The notes under the pieces are model-generated. The model ran no database searches and was not told the DNA's origin. It saw only the letters and a list, made by a program, of their open reading frames with translations. A program made the translations under genes and the position numbers. A stretch of 63,652 nucleotides of DNA, filler included, from Atractiella rhizophila (lineage: Eukaryota), in the NCBI GenBank assembly GCA_021432655.1. It is 3 parts of 3 records of this genome, joined end to end, with 100 filler letters (N's around TTAATTAATTAA, not from the genome) between each part and the next. Parts side by side here need not be neighbours in the genome. Positions count along the whole stretch, not along the records: positions 47,735 to 63,652 come from MU271823.1; 2 more parts are not named here. One strand, given 5' to 3'. Shown here in pieces: positions 63,098-63,652 of this stretch. The stretch's first letter is position 1; each line of letters starts with the position of its first letter.

Positions 63098-63652
63098 ATG
63101 GTCTTCCAACTTCTCTGTGCGCTTTCTCTTCAGCAGATCGTTTGGACTGGTGACTGACTGATGGCGACGATGACACAGCTCACAATCCCGCACTTATCCC
63201 CCTTTTTGGGGCAGTCGTACGTTTTTCTTCTTCTCCGTCGATGGTTTGATGTTGGAAGGATGAAACTAAGGGTCGTGGATGTGATAGGGTCTTGGATTGG
63301 CGCTTGGTGGTGCCACCGCTGTACATTATTTGAAGAACAAGTATGTTGCTTCTCTTTTCCGTTTGTCCATTCGAACTGTGTGCTGATAGACTTGATCGAA
63401 TAGCCCAGACGTCGTTGTCAATAAACGTCAGAACCCGCAACCTTGGAACCGGGTGAAGCAAAGCGAAAACACAAAGGTCAGCCCTTCTCCATCCCGCTCT
63501 CATTGCTATGAAAGAAGACGGAGCATATTCTGATGAGTGGGATGGCAGTTCTTTTCCTGGAATCCCGACTTCTGGAAAGCCCGTGCTGAAGCCGTCGACC
63601 CCCGACGTGCTTTCTTGGAGGAGGACGAGTTGGCGACGGGGAAGAAAGTGAG
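63098..63652 (+). CDS. NDUFA4/B12D-family protein, copy 2 (3' end outside the window)
   Basis: Near-identical to 59614 onward. Confidence 0.82.

Larger units (their letters stand above)
57713..63652. repeat. tandem segmental duplication, offset 3480 bp (copy 1 from 57713; copy 2 from 61193 to beyond the window)
   Basis: caagcctcgcaggatcgtg at 57713 and 61193 begins near-identical colinear sequence that runs to the end of the window. Confidence 0.95.

Overview
Intron-rich fungal genomic DNA, most consistent with a basidiomycete (fused TrpA-TrpB tryptophan synthase, short GT-AG introns of about 50 nt). Positions 1-14.4 kb are accessory and transposon-rich. They hold a truncated, frameshifted aldehyde dehydrogenase copy, a membrane-anchored pepsin-like gene whose first catalytic Asp codon reads Ala, a decayed Ty1/copia element carrying an inserted Ty3/gypsy pol fragment, an LTR-like repeat family and a LINE ORF1 remnant. 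Positions 14.7-63.6 kb are gene-dense: ALDH, a head-to-head pair of conserved unknown genes, an MFS transporter, KEL3, a DNA ligase I paralog, GPI17, a WW/FF protein, a Kre9-like protein, NOP12, a cupredoxin-like protein, an F-box protein, TRP5, a Pff1-like protein, an MpaB-like oxygenase, PTC5, PSD2, ARC35, an NDUFA4-like gene and a RAI1 fragment. The window ends in a tandem duplication with a 3480-bp offset that joins the 5' end of RAI1 to the 3' half of ARC35. Two N-gaps contain an artificial TTAATTAATTAA linker, so contiguity across them is unproven. Gene models were spliced by eye and family calls come from recognised motifs, not database searches.
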